Shown piece by piece: positions 42,972 through 53,461 of a stretch of 64,000 nt of DNA; positions within the stretch are counted from its first letter, which is position 1; each line of letters opens with the position of its first letter. The notes below the pieces were generated by a model. It saw only the letters and a program-made list of their open reading frames with translations. It was not told the DNA's origin and did not search any database. The DNA is from an uncultured Chloroflexia bacterium (GTDB lineage Bacteria; Chloroflexota; Limnocylindria; Limnocylindrales; CSP1-4): the NCBI GenBank assembly GCA_963778645.1, contig CAVZVH010000019.1, forward strand, positions 87,424 to 151,423. Reading direction: 5' to 3'. The translations under genes and the position numbers were made by a program.

Positions 42972-44073
42972 ATGCGCCACGTCTACCTCGCCGCGACCGG
43001 CCAGAACCGTGGCAAGACCACGGTCAGCCTCGGCGTCCTCGACGGCTTCCAGCGGCGCGGCCTGTCGACCGGCTTCATCAAGCCGGTCGGGCAGCGGACC
43101 ATCATCGAGGAGGGCGTCCCGGCGGATGAGGACGCGATCCTGATGAAGAGCGTGTTCGAACTCGCGGAGCCGCTCGGGCAGATGAGCCCGGTCCACATCC
43201 CACGGGGTTTCACCCAGGCCTACATCGAGGGCAGGGTCGTCGAGGACCTGGGCGAACGGATCCGGACGGCCCACGCCGCCTTCGCCGGAGACCGCGACAT
43301 GCTGCTCATCGAGGGAACGGGCCACGCCGGCGTCGGAGCCGTCATCGGATTGTCCAACGCCGCGGTCGCCGCGATGATCGGGGCACCGCGCGGTCATCGT
43401 GTCCGAAGGTGGTGTCGGCCGGCCGATCGACGAGATCGTCCTGAACGCCGCGCTCTTCGAGCGTCAGGGCGTGCATGTCGCCGGGGCGATCGTGAACAAG
43501 GTCGACCTCGACGCGAAGCCCGGCCTCGCCCGGACCCTGGACCAAGGCCTCGCGCGCCAGGGGATCCCGTTGCTCGGGGTCCTGCCGTACCGGCCCATCT
43601 TGTCGAACCCGACGCTGGCCATGGTCCTCGAAGGCGTCCATGGCGAGACGCTGCACCCGGGCCCCGACCTCGATCAGGTGATCGGCGGCGTGGCGATCGG
43701 CGCCATGGAGCCCGAGCACATGCTCGAACGCATCGGTGCGCGCAGCCTGGTCATCGTTCCGGGTGACCGGGAGGACGTCATCGGTGCCATCGTCGGCGCT
43801 CGGTTGGATGGCGACGGCGGCGACGGCGCGCTGGGGCTCGTGCTGTCCGGCGGGTACCGCCCGAGCGACCGGGTGATCGACTCGATCCGTCGCGCCGACC
43901 TGTTCGCGACGCTGGTGCCGGAGGACACGTACGCCGTGGCGTCGGAGGTCCACGACCTGCTGGTCAAGACGCACCCGGCGGACCTGGGCAAGATCGAGGA
44001 GATCAAGGCCCTTGTCTGGGAGTACCTGTTCATCGACCGGATCCTGGGCGCCGCGACCGAGGTGAGGCCCTAG
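42972..44073 (+). CDS. Pta N-terminal-like protein (BioD-like P-loop + DRTGG-type domain); frameshift near 43390
   Basis: TGQNRGKTT, FIKPVG, IEGTGHAGVG, GGVGRPIDE, VPGDREDV. Confidence 0.85.
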
Positions 44074-44116
44074 GTCAGCGGAACTCGACCGGCAACGCGG
44101 CCGGGCAGGACCGCCG

Positions 44117-44953
44117 TCAGCCGAGCGGCTCGTTGTCGATGAGCCTCGTCGAGCCGAAGCGGACCGCCAGCGAGGCCAGGACGGGACCGGTCACCTGCCC
44201 GAGCTCCTCGAGCGTCGTCCCGTCGGCGACCGACACGTACTCCACCTCGGCCAGCGGTTCGGCCGCCAGCACCCGGCCCATCGTGGCCCGGAGCTCGTCG
44301 CCGGACCGCTCCCCCGACTCCCAGGCTGCCCGCCCGGCCCGCAAGGCGCGGCGCATGACGGCGGCGGCGATCCGTTGCTCCGGGGTCAGGTGGACATTCC
44401 GCGACGAGAGCGCGAGCCCATCCGGCTCGCGCACGGTGGGACACGCGATGACCTCGGTGCCGATCGCGAGATCGCGGGCCATCTGACGGATGACCATGAC
44501 CTGCTGAGCGTCCTTCTGCCCGAAGTAGGCGTGCTCGGCCCCGACGACGCCGAACAGGATGGCGACGACGGTCGCGACGCCATCGAAATGGCCCGGCCGC
44601 GCCGCTCCTTCGAGGGGTCGAGCGAGGGCCCCGACGCGGACGACCGTATCGAAGCCGGGAGGGTAGACCTCCTCGACGGGCGGTGCCCAGACGAGATCGA
44701 CGCCCTCGGACTCGCAGATCGCGAGATCGCGGCCCTCGTTCCGCGGATAACGCTGGTAGTCGGCCGCCTCGTTGAACTGCCGCGGGTTGACGAAGATCGA
44801 GACGACCGTGGTCGCGTCCTCGATGCGCGCCCGCTGCATGAGCGCTCGATGACCATCGTGGAGCCAGCCCATCGTCGGTACGAGCCCGACCGGTCGCGGC
44901 GCCGACGCGAGCGCCGCCCGTAGCTCGGCGCGCGTACGCAGGACCCGGGTCAC
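44117..44953 (-). CDS. panC: Pantoate--beta-alanine ligase
   Basis: VPTMGWLHDGH, SIFVNPRQF, RPGHFDGV, FGQKDAQQ, GLALSSRN, RLIDN. Confidence 0.96.
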   Translation of the reverse strand: MTRVLRTRAELRAALASAPRPVGLVPTMGWLHDGHRALMQRARIEDATTVVSIFVNPRQFNEAADYQRYPRNEGRDLAICESEGVDLVWAPPVEEVYPPGFDTVVRVGALARPLEGAARPGHFDGVATVVAILFGVVGAEHAYFGQKDAQQVMVIRQMARDLAIGTEVIACPTVREPDGLALSSRNVHLTPEQRIAAAVMRRALRAGRAAWESGERSGDELRATMGRVLAAEPLAEVEYVSVADGTTLEELGQVTGPVLASLAVRFGSTRLIDNEPLG

Positions 44954-45003
44954 GGGCCGTCCGTCGGCCGACCCGGGTGCGGGCGTGGGCGGCGCGTCGG
45001 CGC

Positions 45004-45918
45004 TCAGAGGTCGCGGTCGAGCGGGATCCCGCCCACCGGCACCGATCCGGCCGGCCGATCCGACGAGCCGCGGCCGAGGACCTCGTCGAGGACGGCCTCG
45101 TCCATCCGGACGGTCTCGGCCGGGCCGGGGAACGTCCCCGAGGCCACGTCGGCCGCGTACGCCTTGGCCGCCTCCAGGATGGCCTCCCGGACGTTGGCGT
45201 AGGGCCGGGCATGCCGCGGGACGTAGTCGCCCAGGCCGATGAGATCCGTGATGACCTGGACCTGGCCGCTGCACCCGGCGCCCGCCCCGATCCCGATGGT
45301 CGGCACGCGCAATCGCTCGGTCATGGCCGCGGCAAGTTGCTCCGGCACGAGCTCCACGACGATCGAGAAGGCGCCCGCCTCCTGGACCGCCTGGGCGTCT
45401 GCGAGGAGCGCCCGGGCCTGGTCGCGGTCCTTGCCCTGGACCTTGTGCTTGCCGATCGTGTTGATCGATTGGGGCGTCAGGCCGATGTGGCCCATGACCG
45501 GGATCCCGGCTCGGACCAGCGTCTCGATGATCCGTGCCGTGCGCACGCCGCCCTCGACCTTGACCGCCTGGGCGCCGGCCTCGCGCAGGAAGATCCCGGC
45601 GTTCTCGGTCGCCTCGTCGGGCGTTGCATACGAGAGGAACGGCATGTCCGCAATGACGAGGGCGCGGTCCGAACCACGAACGACGGCCTTCGTGTGGTGG
45701 AGCATCTCGGCCATCGTCACGCGAACCGTCGTCTCGTAGCCCAGCACGACCTGGCCGAGCGAGTCGCCGACGAGCAGCAGGGGGATCCCGGCCTCGTCGA
45801 GCAGCTTCGCGGTCGGGTAGTCGTACGCGGTCAGCATGGCCAAGCGCTCGCCGTCGGCGTACCGCTTGGCGATATCGACGACAGTCAGTCGGCGTGGAGT
45901 GTCGGTCGTGGCGCTCAT
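45004..45918 (-). CDS. panB: 3-methyl-2-oxobutanoate hydroxymethyltransferase
   Basis: MLTAYDY, LVGDSLG, DMPFLSY, KVEGG, GHIGLTPQ, GIGAG. Confidence 0.96.
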   Translation of the reverse strand: MSATTDTPRRLTVVDIAKRYADGERLAMLTAYDYPTAKLLDEAGIPLLLVGDSLGQVVLGYETTVRVTMAEMLHHTKAVVRGSDRALVIADMPFLSYATPDEATENAGIFLREAGAQAVKVEGGVRTARIIETLVRAGIPVMGHIGLTPQSINTIGKHKVQGKDRDQARALLADAQAVQEAGAFSIVVELVPEQLAAAMTERLRVPTIGIGAGAGCSGQVQVITDLIGLGDYVPRHARPYANVREAILEAAKAYAADVASGTFPGPAETVRMDEAVLDEVLGRGSSDRPAGSVPVGGIPLDRDL

Positions 45919-47297
45919 GCTGGCTCCCGGGCAGGTTCCGTGCTGGCTGCAGTCTGCGCGGCCGCATCCCGGTCGTCCAGCGCGCGCGCCACGCGATCCA
46001 GGATCGCGTCGGCGACGGCCCGCTTGGCGAGCAGCGGCAGATCCTCGCGCGTGCCGTCCGCGGCCAGGATCGCGACCCGGTTGGTGTCGGTCCCGAATCC
46101 GGAGCCAGGCTCGGCAACGTCGTTCGCGACCAACAGGTCCACGCCCTTGCGCCGGAGCTTGTCGGCGGCCCGCTCCAGCGATCCGGTCTCGGCGGCGAAC
46201 CCGACGAGGACTGGCGCCGGGCGGAGGGCCTGGTACGTCACAGCGCGATCACTGTCGGTGCCCCGGGCGATACGGGCGACCTGGGCAAGGAGATCGGGCG
46301 TGGGTTCGAGCTCGAGCGTCAGCCGTTCGCCGCGCTCGAGCTTGCGGTCGGCGACGGCGCTCGGGCGAAAGTCGGCGACGGCCGCGGCCATGATCAGCGC
46401 GTCGAAGCCGGCGTGCTCACCGTCCGATGTCGTCGCGGCGAGGAGCGCCGCTCGCATCTCGGCGGTGGACTCGACCCGGACCGTGGTCAGGGCGCCGTCC
46501 ACCGGGAGTGGCACCTCCACGTTCGCCGCCAGGAGCGTCACCTCCGCCCCGCGATCGAGCGCGGCGTGCACGACGGCCAGGCCCATCCTCCCGGTCGAGC
46601 GATTCCCGATGAAGCGGACCGGGTCGATCGGTTCGCGGGTACCGCCGGCCGTGACGACGACGTGCCGACCGGCGAGGTCCGCTTCGCGCCCGGGCGCGAC
46701 CAGCGGTGGACGCGCGGCGGCGTCCGGCGCACGGATCGGCCGATCTCCCATGGCCGCGACGACCGCATCGACGATGGCATCGAGCTCTGCCAGCCGCCCG
46801 ACGCCCGACTGGCCGGACGCAAGCGGCCCGGCCACGGGCTCGACGATGACATAGCCGAAGTCGTCGCGGAGTCGGGCCGCGTTCGTGGTCGTCGCCGGGT
46901 GCGTCCACATCTCGCCGTCCATCGCCGGCGCCACGACGACCGGAGCGCCCGTCGCGAGACAGGTGGCCGTGATGACGTCGCCGGCCAGGCCCGCGGCCAT
47001 CGCACCCAGCCAATGGGCGGTGGCCGGAGCCACCACGATCGCATCGGCCGAATCGGCGAGGACGACATGACCGATCCGCCCGTCGGGCAGGAGGTCGAGC
47101 AACTCGGTCTCGACCGGGTGGCGCGACAGGGCGGCGAAGGAAAGCGCCCCGACGAATCGGGTCGCGGCCGGCGACAGCATGACCGCGACGTCGGCGCCCT
47201 CGGCCCGCAGGAGGCGCAGGAGCTCGACCGATTTGTAGGCCGCGATCGAACCGGTGACGCCGAGCCCGATGAGGCGACCGTCGAGCCGGCCGGTCAC
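45915..47297 (-). CDS. coaBC: Bifunctional PPC decarboxylase/PPC synthetase
   Basis: GVTGSIAAYK, VAPATA, TAGGTREPIDPVRFIGNRSTG, AAAVADF, GFAAET. Confidence 0.95.
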   Translation of the reverse strand: MTGRLDGRLIGLGVTGSIAAYKSVELLRLLRAEGADVAVMLSPAATRFVGALSFAALSRHPVETELLDLLPDGRIGHVVLADSADAIVVAPATAHWLGAMAAGLAGDVITATCLATGAPVVVAPAMDGEMWTHPATTTNAARLRDDFGYVIVEPVAGPLASGQSGVGRLAELDAIVDAVVAAMGDRPIRAPDAAARPPLVAPGREADLAGRHVVVTAGGTREPIDPVRFIGNRSTGRMGLAVVHAALDRGAEVTLLAANVEVPLPVDGALTTVRVESTAEMRAALLAATTSDGEHAGFDALIMAAAVADFRPSAVADRKLERGERLTLELEPTPDLLAQVARIARGTDSDRAVTYQALRPAPVLVGFAAETGSLERAADKLRRKGVDLLVANDVAEPGSGFGTDTNRVAILAADGTREDLPLLAKRAVADAILDRVARALDDRDAAAQTAASTEPAREPA

Positions 47298-48106
47298 GGC
47301 AGGCCCAGCTCGAGCCGCTGGCCGGCGACGACCTCCGCGTGGAAGATGGCCAGGCCCTTGAGGGTCAGGTCAGGATCGATCGCATCGACGCCGGGCAGCC
47401 CTTGTGCCCAGGGCGCGGCCGACAGGCCGCCGGTCAGGATGGCCCGGACATCGGCGGGTGCGACGCCGCCCATCTCGGCGAGTTCGGTCCGCGCGCGGGC
47501 GAGCAGGCCGGTCGCGAGGGCCTGGTAGCCGAAGACCGTGCCTGACTGCATGGCCGATACGGTGTCGCGACCGATCGCCCGATCCGGGGCGCGCAATTCG
47601 ATCCGTGGCAGCTTCGCGGTCCGCGACGCGAGCGCCTCGAGGCCGAGTTCGAGGCCGGGCGCGATCGCGCCCCCGACATACGCGCCATCGGCGGCGACGC
47701 AGTCGAGGGTCGTGGCGGTCCCGAAGTCGACCACGATCGCGGGCGTGCCGTAGATCCGACCGGCCGCGAGCGCGTTCATCAGGCGATCCGCTCCGACCTC
47801 CTGCGGGCGGTCGACGCGCACGGCGAGGGGCACCGTGCCGGCCGATGCCAACAGGAGCGATCGCTCGCGGCGGGCGGCGACGGCCTCGATGGCCGCCGTC
47901 ATGGCCGGGACCACGGAGGCGGCGGCGATCGCGGACACGTCGGCGAGCGAGGCGTCGTCGAGGCGCAACAGCGCATCGAGCAGGGCCTCGAATTCATCGG
48001 CGCTGGCCCGCGGGTTCGTCGCTGCACGGCGGGTCGCGACGAGTATGCCGGCCTTGAACAAGCCGAGCGTGATGTTCGTATTGCCGACATCGAGGGCCAG
48101 GAGCAT
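47294..48106 (-). CDS. coaX: Type III pantothenate kinase
   Basis: LALDVGNTN, VGADR, VDFGTATT, GGAIAPG, LTGG; TATCAT 7 nt upstream. Confidence 0.95.
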   Translation of the reverse strand: MLLALDVGNTNITLGLFKAGILVATRRAATNPRASADEFEALLDALLRLDDASLADVSAIAAASVVPAMTAAIEAVAARRERSLLLASAGTVPLAVRVDRPQEVGADRLMNALAAGRIYGTPAIVVDFGTATTLDCVAADGAYVGGAIAPGLELGLEALASRTAKLPRIELRAPDRAIGRDTVSAMQSGTVFGYQALATGLLARARTELAEMGGVAPADVRAILTGGLSAAPWAQGLPGVDAIDPDLTLKGLAIFHAEVVAGQRLELGLP

Positions 48107-48191
48107 GGTCGCGATGATACGCGCCGTGGGCGCCTCGGCCGTGCGGTACCATCGCGTCACTCGTCCATCCTCCGTGCCCTGGAGACGATCC

Positions 48192-48629
48192 GTGACGACC
48201 TCGGCCGCCGCCAAGTTCTTCGTGAACCAGGGAGTCGTTTCGAGCCGCACGGACATGCTCCACCTGCTGCGCCCGCTGCTGAAGCAGACCGTCACCTACC
48301 GGTATCTGCGCGGCCGCGAGGTCGTCGCCCACGGGACCGGTTGGGTCGAGCGGATCGTGGTCGATGCCGACGACACCTCGACCTACTTCACCCCCCTCGC
48401 GATCACCCTGAACATCGATTCATTCGAACACCTCGAGTTCGAGACCCGGCCCGACCAGCTCCTGGTCTACGCGCTCGTGCAGGGAGACGAGCGCGTGATC
48501 GTGGAGTTCGCCCCGGTCGGACCGGGCGCGGAGGACGGGTCGCCGTTCGCTCCGACCCAGCTCGCATTCGAGATGCGTGACTACGTCCAGATGGAGCTGC
48601 TCAGCCTCGACGCCCACGAGGACGAGTAG
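48192..48629 (+). CDS. Hypothetical protein (145 aa)
   Basis: GGAG RBS with GTG start; GC3-biased ORF divergent from coaX. Confidence 0.7.
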   Translation: MTTSAAAKFFVNQGVVSSRTDMLHLLRPLLKQTVTYRYLRGREVVAHGTGWVERIVVDADDTSTYFTPLAITLNIDSFEHLEFETRPDQLLVYALVQGDERVIVEFAPVGPGAEDGSPFAPTQLAFEMRDYVQMELLSLDAHEDE

Positions 48630-48730
48630 CGGATCCGGAGGCCGGACGCGGGTCCGGCGGGGGGAGGCGACAGCGCGGACCGAGCCCGCGTAGGGTGTCG
48701 GCGCGCTCCGGACAGGAGGGAGTGGAACGC

Positions 48731-50098
48731 GTGGACGCGATCGCGTCGTATTTCAAGTTCGCCGAGCGCAGCACGAACCTGGCCACTGAGGCGAAGGCCG
48801 GCCTGACCACGTTCATGGTCATGGCCTACATCCTGTTCCTGAACCCGGCCATCTTGTCGAACATGTTCGGCGCGCCGGGATCCGCCGAAGCGGCGGCGTT
48901 CATCCCGGCGGCCGCTGCGGCGACCGCGCTCATCGCCGGCGTCCTGACGATCGCCATGGGCGTCGTCGCCAACGCGCCGATCGCCATGGCAGCCGGCCTG
49001 GGGATCAACGCCGCCGTCGCCTTCGGGCTGGTCCTGACCCAGGGCCTGACGCCCGCCGGCGCCATGGGCGTCATCGTCCTCGAGGGTCTCGTCGTCACGG
49101 TCCTCGTGCTGGTCGGGCTTCGCGAATCGATCATGCGCGCCGTCCCGATGGCCCTGAAGCGGGCGATCGGCGTCGGGATCGGCTTGTTCATCCTGTTCAT
49201 CGGGTTCATCGATGCCGGGATCATCGTCAAGACCGGCGGCACGTCGGCCGAGAACCCGGTCCCGACGACATTCGTGTTTCCGACCGAGCCCGCGCAGTTC
49301 GTCTTCTGGCTCGGGTTACTCATCACGGTCGCGCTGTGGGCGCGCAAGGTCCCGGGCGCCCTGCTGATCAGCATCCTCGTCACGACCGTCGTCGCGATCG
49401 TCGTCGGCGTTCAGCCGCTGCCCACGACATTCACAGCCACGCCCAGCTTCTCCACGCTCGGGGCGTTCGACCTTGGAAACGTCTTCACCGTTCTCGGCGG
49501 ACTCGCCGCCATCCTGACGATCTTCAGCTTCATGCTGACCGACTTCTTCGACACGATGGGGACGGCGACCGCAATCAGCGAACAGGCTGGTCTGGTCGAC
49601 GAGGAGGGACAGCCCGAGAACGTCGGCCGAATCCTCCTCGTGGACTCGGTCGGTGCCGCGCTGGGTGGCGCCGCCGGCATCAGCTCGAACACGAGCTACA
49701 TCGAGAGCGCGGCCGGTGTCGCCGAAGGGGGCCGAACGGGCTTCGCGTCGATCGTCACGGGCCTGCTCTTCCTGGCCGCCATCGTGCTGACGCCGCTCGC
49801 GGTCCTGGTGCCCTACGTCGCCACGGGCCCGGTCCTCGTGTTCGTCGGCTTCCTGATGGTCAGTCTGATCAAGGACATCGACTTCGGCGACATCGAGGAA
49901 GGCTTCCCGGCCCTGCTCGGGATGATCCTGATGCCCTTGACCTTCAGCATCACCGTCGGGATCGGCGCGGCGTTCGTCTCGTACGTCGTGATCAAGGTCA
50001 TCGTCGGCAAGTTCGCAGAGGTCCACCCGCTGCTGTGGATCGTCGCGATCGCGTTCCTCATCTACTTCATGCAGAACTGGATCAACGCGTACATCTAG
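48731..50098 (+). CDS. NCS2/AzgA-family purine permease
   Basis: AGLTTFMVMAYILFLNP, GIGLFI, DFFDTMGT, YIESAAGVAEGGRTG, MPLTFSI. Confidence 0.93.
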   Translation: MDAIASYFKFAERSTNLATEAKAGLTTFMVMAYILFLNPAILSNMFGAPGSAEAAAFIPAAAAATALIAGVLTIAMGVVANAPIAMAAGLGINAAVAFGLVLTQGLTPAGAMGVIVLEGLVVTVLVLVGLRESIMRAVPMALKRAIGVGIGLFILFIGFIDAGIIVKTGGTSAENPVPTTFVFPTEPAQFVFWLGLLITVALWARKVPGALLISILVTTVVAIVVGVQPLPTTFTATPSFSTLGAFDLGNVFTVLGGLAAILTIFSFMLTDFFDTMGTATAISEQAGLVDEEGQPENVGRILLVDSVGAALGGAAGISSNTSYIESAAGVAEGGRTGFASIVTGLLFLAAIVLTPLAVLVPYVATGPVLVFVGFLMVSLIKDIDFGDIEEGFPALLGMILMPLTFSITVGIGAAFVSYVVIKVIVGKFAEVHPLLWIVAIAFLIYFMQNWINAYI

Positions 50099-50170
50099 CC
50101 GCTCGTATGAACCGACGGCGCCATGACCTCCGGGTCGGGGCGCCGTCGCCGTTCCTGTACCATCCCGACG

Positions 50171-51439
50171 ATGTTCGAACGGACGGCGCTGGCTTCGGGC
50201 CCGCGCGTCATCAGCGCCCGGATGCCCGGGGCGCGCTCGGTCTCCATCGCCGCGTACGTCCTGGCCGGTTCGCGCCTGGAAACCGACGCGGAGGCCGGGG
50301 TCGCCCATTTCATGGAGCACCTGACCTTCAAGGGGACGTCGGCCTACCCGTCGACGCGCGCCATCAGCGAAGCGATCGAAGGCGTCGGGGGCTCCTTCAA
50401 CGCCGCGACCGATCGCGAGTCGACCGTCTACTGGGTCCGCGTCCCGCGCCGGGAGTCGACCCGGGCGGTCGACGTCCTGGGAGAGTTGATCGTGCGCCCG
50501 ACGCTGGCGGCACGTGAGATCGAGAATGAGCGGACGATCATCGTCGAGGAGATCCGCTCCTACCTCGACGATCCGTCGGAGTACTGCCAGATCCTGTTCC
50601 AGTCGGCCCTCTTCGGCGACGGCCCGTTGGGTCGTGAGATCTGTGGCGACGAGGACGGCATCCGTGCGCTCCCGGCCAAGACGATCCGCTCGTTCTGGCG
50701 CACGGCGTACCGACCGGCCAACACGGTGGTCGCGGTCGCGGGCGACCTGGAGCACGATGAGGCCGTCGACCTCGTCAGCGCGGCGTTCGGGACCGGCAAC
50801 GGCAAGCTCCCAGGGTTCGCACCGGCTCCGCTCCTGCCGGCCGGCCCGAGGGTCGCCGTGGGCAAGCGCGACACCGCGCAGGCCCAGCTCTGCCTGGGCC
50901 TCCCGGCACTCCATCGCGACCATCCAGACAGCTGGACGCTGGCCGTCCTCAACGCGGTCCTGGGGGACGGGATGAGCAGCCGCCTCTTCCTGTCCGTGCG
51001 CGAGGAGCGTGGTCTCGCCTATGACGTGTCGTCAGGGTTGGTCGATTACGCCGACGCCGGGGCCATCGAGATCTCGGCGGGCGTCGATCCGGACGGCATC
51101 CGCGCCGCGCTCGAGGCGATCCTGACCGAGCTGGCCAGGCTCCGAGATGAGCTCGTGCCCGACGCGGAGCTGGAGAAGGCCAAGCGCTACCTCGCCGGTG
51201 GCATGGAGCTGCGGATGGACGACACGCGTCATGTGGCGTCGTGGATCGGTGGCCAGGAGGCGTTGCACGACCGGGTTCTGACCCTCGACGAGGCACTGGA
51301 AGCGGTCATGGCCGTCGATGCGGGCGCCATCCAGGAGCTGGCCGGGCGGCTCTTCCACGACGATGCCCTTCGGTTGGCCGCGGTCGCGCCGGCCCGCCAT
51401 CTCCGGGGGCTGGAGTCGCGGCTCCGCCTGCCGGGCTGA
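50171..51439 (+). CDS. M16 (pitrilysin) family zinc peptidase
   Basis: Inverted zinc motif HFMEH, FNAAT, GMSSRLF..VREERGLAY; TACCAT 7 nt upstream. Confidence 0.93.
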   Translation: MFERTALASGPRVISARMPGARSVSIAAYVLAGSRLETDAEAGVAHFMEHLTFKGTSAYPSTRAISEAIEGVGGSFNAATDRESTVYWVRVPRRESTRAVDVLGELIVRPTLAAREIENERTIIVEEIRSYLDDPSEYCQILFQSALFGDGPLGREICGDEDGIRALPAKTIRSFWRTAYRPANTVVAVAGDLEHDEAVDLVSAAFGTGNGKLPGFAPAPLLPAGPRVAVGKRDTAQAQLCLGLPALHRDHPDSWTLAVLNAVLGDGMSSRLFLSVREERGLAYDVSSGLVDYADAGAIEISAGVDPDGIRAALEAILTELARLRDELVPDAELEKAKRYLAGGMELRMDDTRHVASWIGGQEALHDRVLTLDEALEAVMAVDAGAIQELAGRLFHDDALRLAAVAPARHLRGLESRLRLPG

Positions 51440-51452
51440 GCGAGGCGCGACG

Positions 51453-52904
51453 ATGGGCGATGAGGGCACGATGTCCGATGACCAGGCGGCCCGGGCCGAG
51501 GCCGAAGCCACGACCGAGTCGGACGGGGTTCATGGCACGGCCGGGCCGGACGAGATCGTCGCGCCGGACGAGGCCGTCGCGCCGGATGTCGCTGCTCCAC
51601 CGGAGGTGGCGGCTGCCCCCGAGGTAGCTGTCGCGCCGGACGAGGCTGTGGCCCGGGACACCGCCCTCGACCTTGCCGGTCTGCATCTTCGGCTTGGCTC
51701 GCTGGCGCTCGCTCGGGCGGAACTCGAGACGCTCGCCGGTCGTGGGGTGCTCGACGCGACCGCCCGGATCGACCTTGCCGAGGTCCGTTGGCGGACTGGT
51801 GACCTGGTCGGTGGAGGTGAGGCGGCCCGCGAATCTCTGGCGGGCGGCGGCGATGCGGTCGTGACGCTGGTCATCGCCGCCGAGGCGGCGTCGGCGCTGG
51901 GTCGTCCAAGCGAGGCGCGTCGCCTCGCGGGGCGTGCGATGAGTCTCCACGCCGGTCCGATCGATCCGGTCTTCGCCGGGATGCCGCGCTCCAGCGTCTG
52001 GCCGGGCGATCCCGCCGAGCCGGTGCCGTCGTCTAGCACCCTGTTCCCGCCGGAGCGTAGTGATGCGGCCGCCGAGGCCGATCGCGACGAGGCGGCCCTC
52101 TTGGTCGAGGATCAAGAGTCCCTTGCCACGGCCGCAGGCGGTGCCGCAGCCGCCGAAGCCGCCGCACCGTCCGGCGAACCTGGACTCTGGGACTTGCACG
52201 AGGCCGCCGCGCTCGCCGCCGGAACCGCAGCGATGGATTCGTCCGACCTCGATCCGTCGGCGCTGTTCGATGCCGGTCGTGCCGCCCTGGAGACCGGCGA
52301 TCTGTCGACCGCCGCGGTCAACCTCGGACTCGTCGTGCGCCTCGCGCCCGCGCTCGCACCGGCCGTCCTGAGCGTGATCGGCGATCCGTTCGAAGCCGGC
52401 TTGCTCCTGGTCCAAGGCGACGCGTACCGGGCGGTCGGCCACGAGTCCGAGGCTCGACGCTCGTACGCGGCGGCGATGGCGGTCGCGACGACGCCGTCGA
52501 GTCCGTCGTCGGTCGAGTGGTTCGGGACGACGCCGCCGGCAGAGCGGCCGGCACCCGCCTGGTGGCTCCAGACGCCGGCCGAGCACGAGCCGCCGGACGA
52601 GCCGGTGGAGTCCGCCGAGCCCGCGTTGCCGTTCGAGGCGATCGAGTCCGACGAACCGGTGCCGACGGATGACGCGGCGTCGTTTGTCGAGCCGGAGCCG
52701 CCCGAGGCCGAGCATGTGGCCGAGCCCGAGCCGCCGCCGGCCGAATCATTCGGCCCCGAGCCGCAGGTCGAGCCGGGATCGCTCGCCGAGCCAGTCGAGG
52801 CGCCAGCTGAACCGCAGCCGCCCGAGCTCGATCGCGAGCCCGACCACCGCCCACACGAGGGCGAGCGGCGTACGGATCAGGACGAGTGGCGGAACGACGG
52901 CTGA
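51453..52904 (+). CDS. Hypothetical TPR-like protein with acidic Pro/Glu-rich termini
   Basis: Helical segments LAGLHLRLG, LAEVRWRTGD, QGDAYRAVG; low-complexity ends. Confidence 0.7.
   Translation: MGDEGTMSDDQAARAEAEATTESDGVHGTAGPDEIVAPDEAVAPDVAAPPEVAAAPEVAVAPDEAVARDTALDLAGLHLRLGSLALARAELETLAGRGVLDATARIDLAEVRWRTGDLVGGGEAARESLAGGGDAVVTLVIAAEAASALGRPSEARRLAGRAMSLHAGPIDPVFAGMPRSSVWPGDPAEPVPSSSTLFPPERSDAAAEADRDEAALLVEDQESLATAAGGAAAAEAAAPSGEPGLWDLHEAAALAAGTAAMDSSDLDPSALFDAGRAALETGDLSTAAVNLGLVVRLAPALAPAVLSVIGDPFEAGLLLVQGDAYRAVGHESEARRSYAAAMAVATTPSSPSSVEWFGTTPPAERPAPAWWLQTPAEHEPPDEPVESAEPALPFEAIESDEPVPTDDAASFVEPEPPEAEHVAEPEPPPAESFGPEPQVEPGSLAEPVEAPAEPQPPELDREPDHRPHEGERRTDQDEWRNDG
51540..51647 (+). 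repeat. Six degenerate in-frame 18-bp tandem repeats (VAPDEA-like)
   Basis: Units such as gtcgcgccggacgaggcc every 18 nt. Confidence 0.7.
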
Positions 52905-52970
52905 CCCAGGCGCAGCCACCCATCCGATAGGATATCGACCGTCCAACCGCATCGATCACCCAAGGACGTC

Positions 52971-53438
52971 ATGCCATCCATTGAACGGACCCTCGTCCTC
53001 GTCAAGCCCGACGGCGTCCAGCGCCAGCTGGTCGGTCGGATCCTCGCGCGGTACGAGGAGCGCGGCCTCAAGCTCGTCGGCCTCAAGCTCGTCCACGTCG
53101 ACGCGGTCCTCGCCGAGGCGCACTACGCGGCGCACCGCGAGAAGCCCTTCTTCGTCGGCCTCGTCGAGTTCATCACGTCGGCGCCGCTGGTCGCCGCAGC
53201 GCTGGAGGGCCCCAACGCCATCGCGGTCGTGCGGGCGATCAACGGTGCCACCCGCCCCCACGAGGCGGCGCCGGGCACGATCCGCGGCGATTTCGCCCTG
53301 GAAACGGCACAGAACATCGTCCACGCATCGGACGGTCCAGAGGCGGCCGAGATCGAGCTCGACCTGTGGTTCGAGCGGGGTGAGCTCCACGAGTACGACC
53401 GCGACATCGACCGCTGGGTGCTCGCCCCCGCGGAGTAG
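52971..53438 (+). CDS. ndk: Nucleoside diphosphate kinase
   Basis: ERTLVLVKPDGVQR, PGTIRGDF, NIVHASD. Confidence 0.97.
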   Translation: MPSIERTLVLVKPDGVQRQLVGRILARYEERGLKLVGLKLVHVDAVLAEAHYAAHREKPFFVGLVEFITSAPLVAAALEGPNAIAVVRAINGATRPHEAAPGTIRGDFALETAQNIVHASDGPEAAEIELDLWFERGELHEYDRDIDRWVLAPAE

Positions 53439-53461
53439 GGTCGGCGGCCTGGCCCAGCGCG

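Noticed and set aside
48630-48730. Purine riboswitch upstream of the NCS2 permease
   Set aside because: No recognisable aptamer core, and the leader is short.
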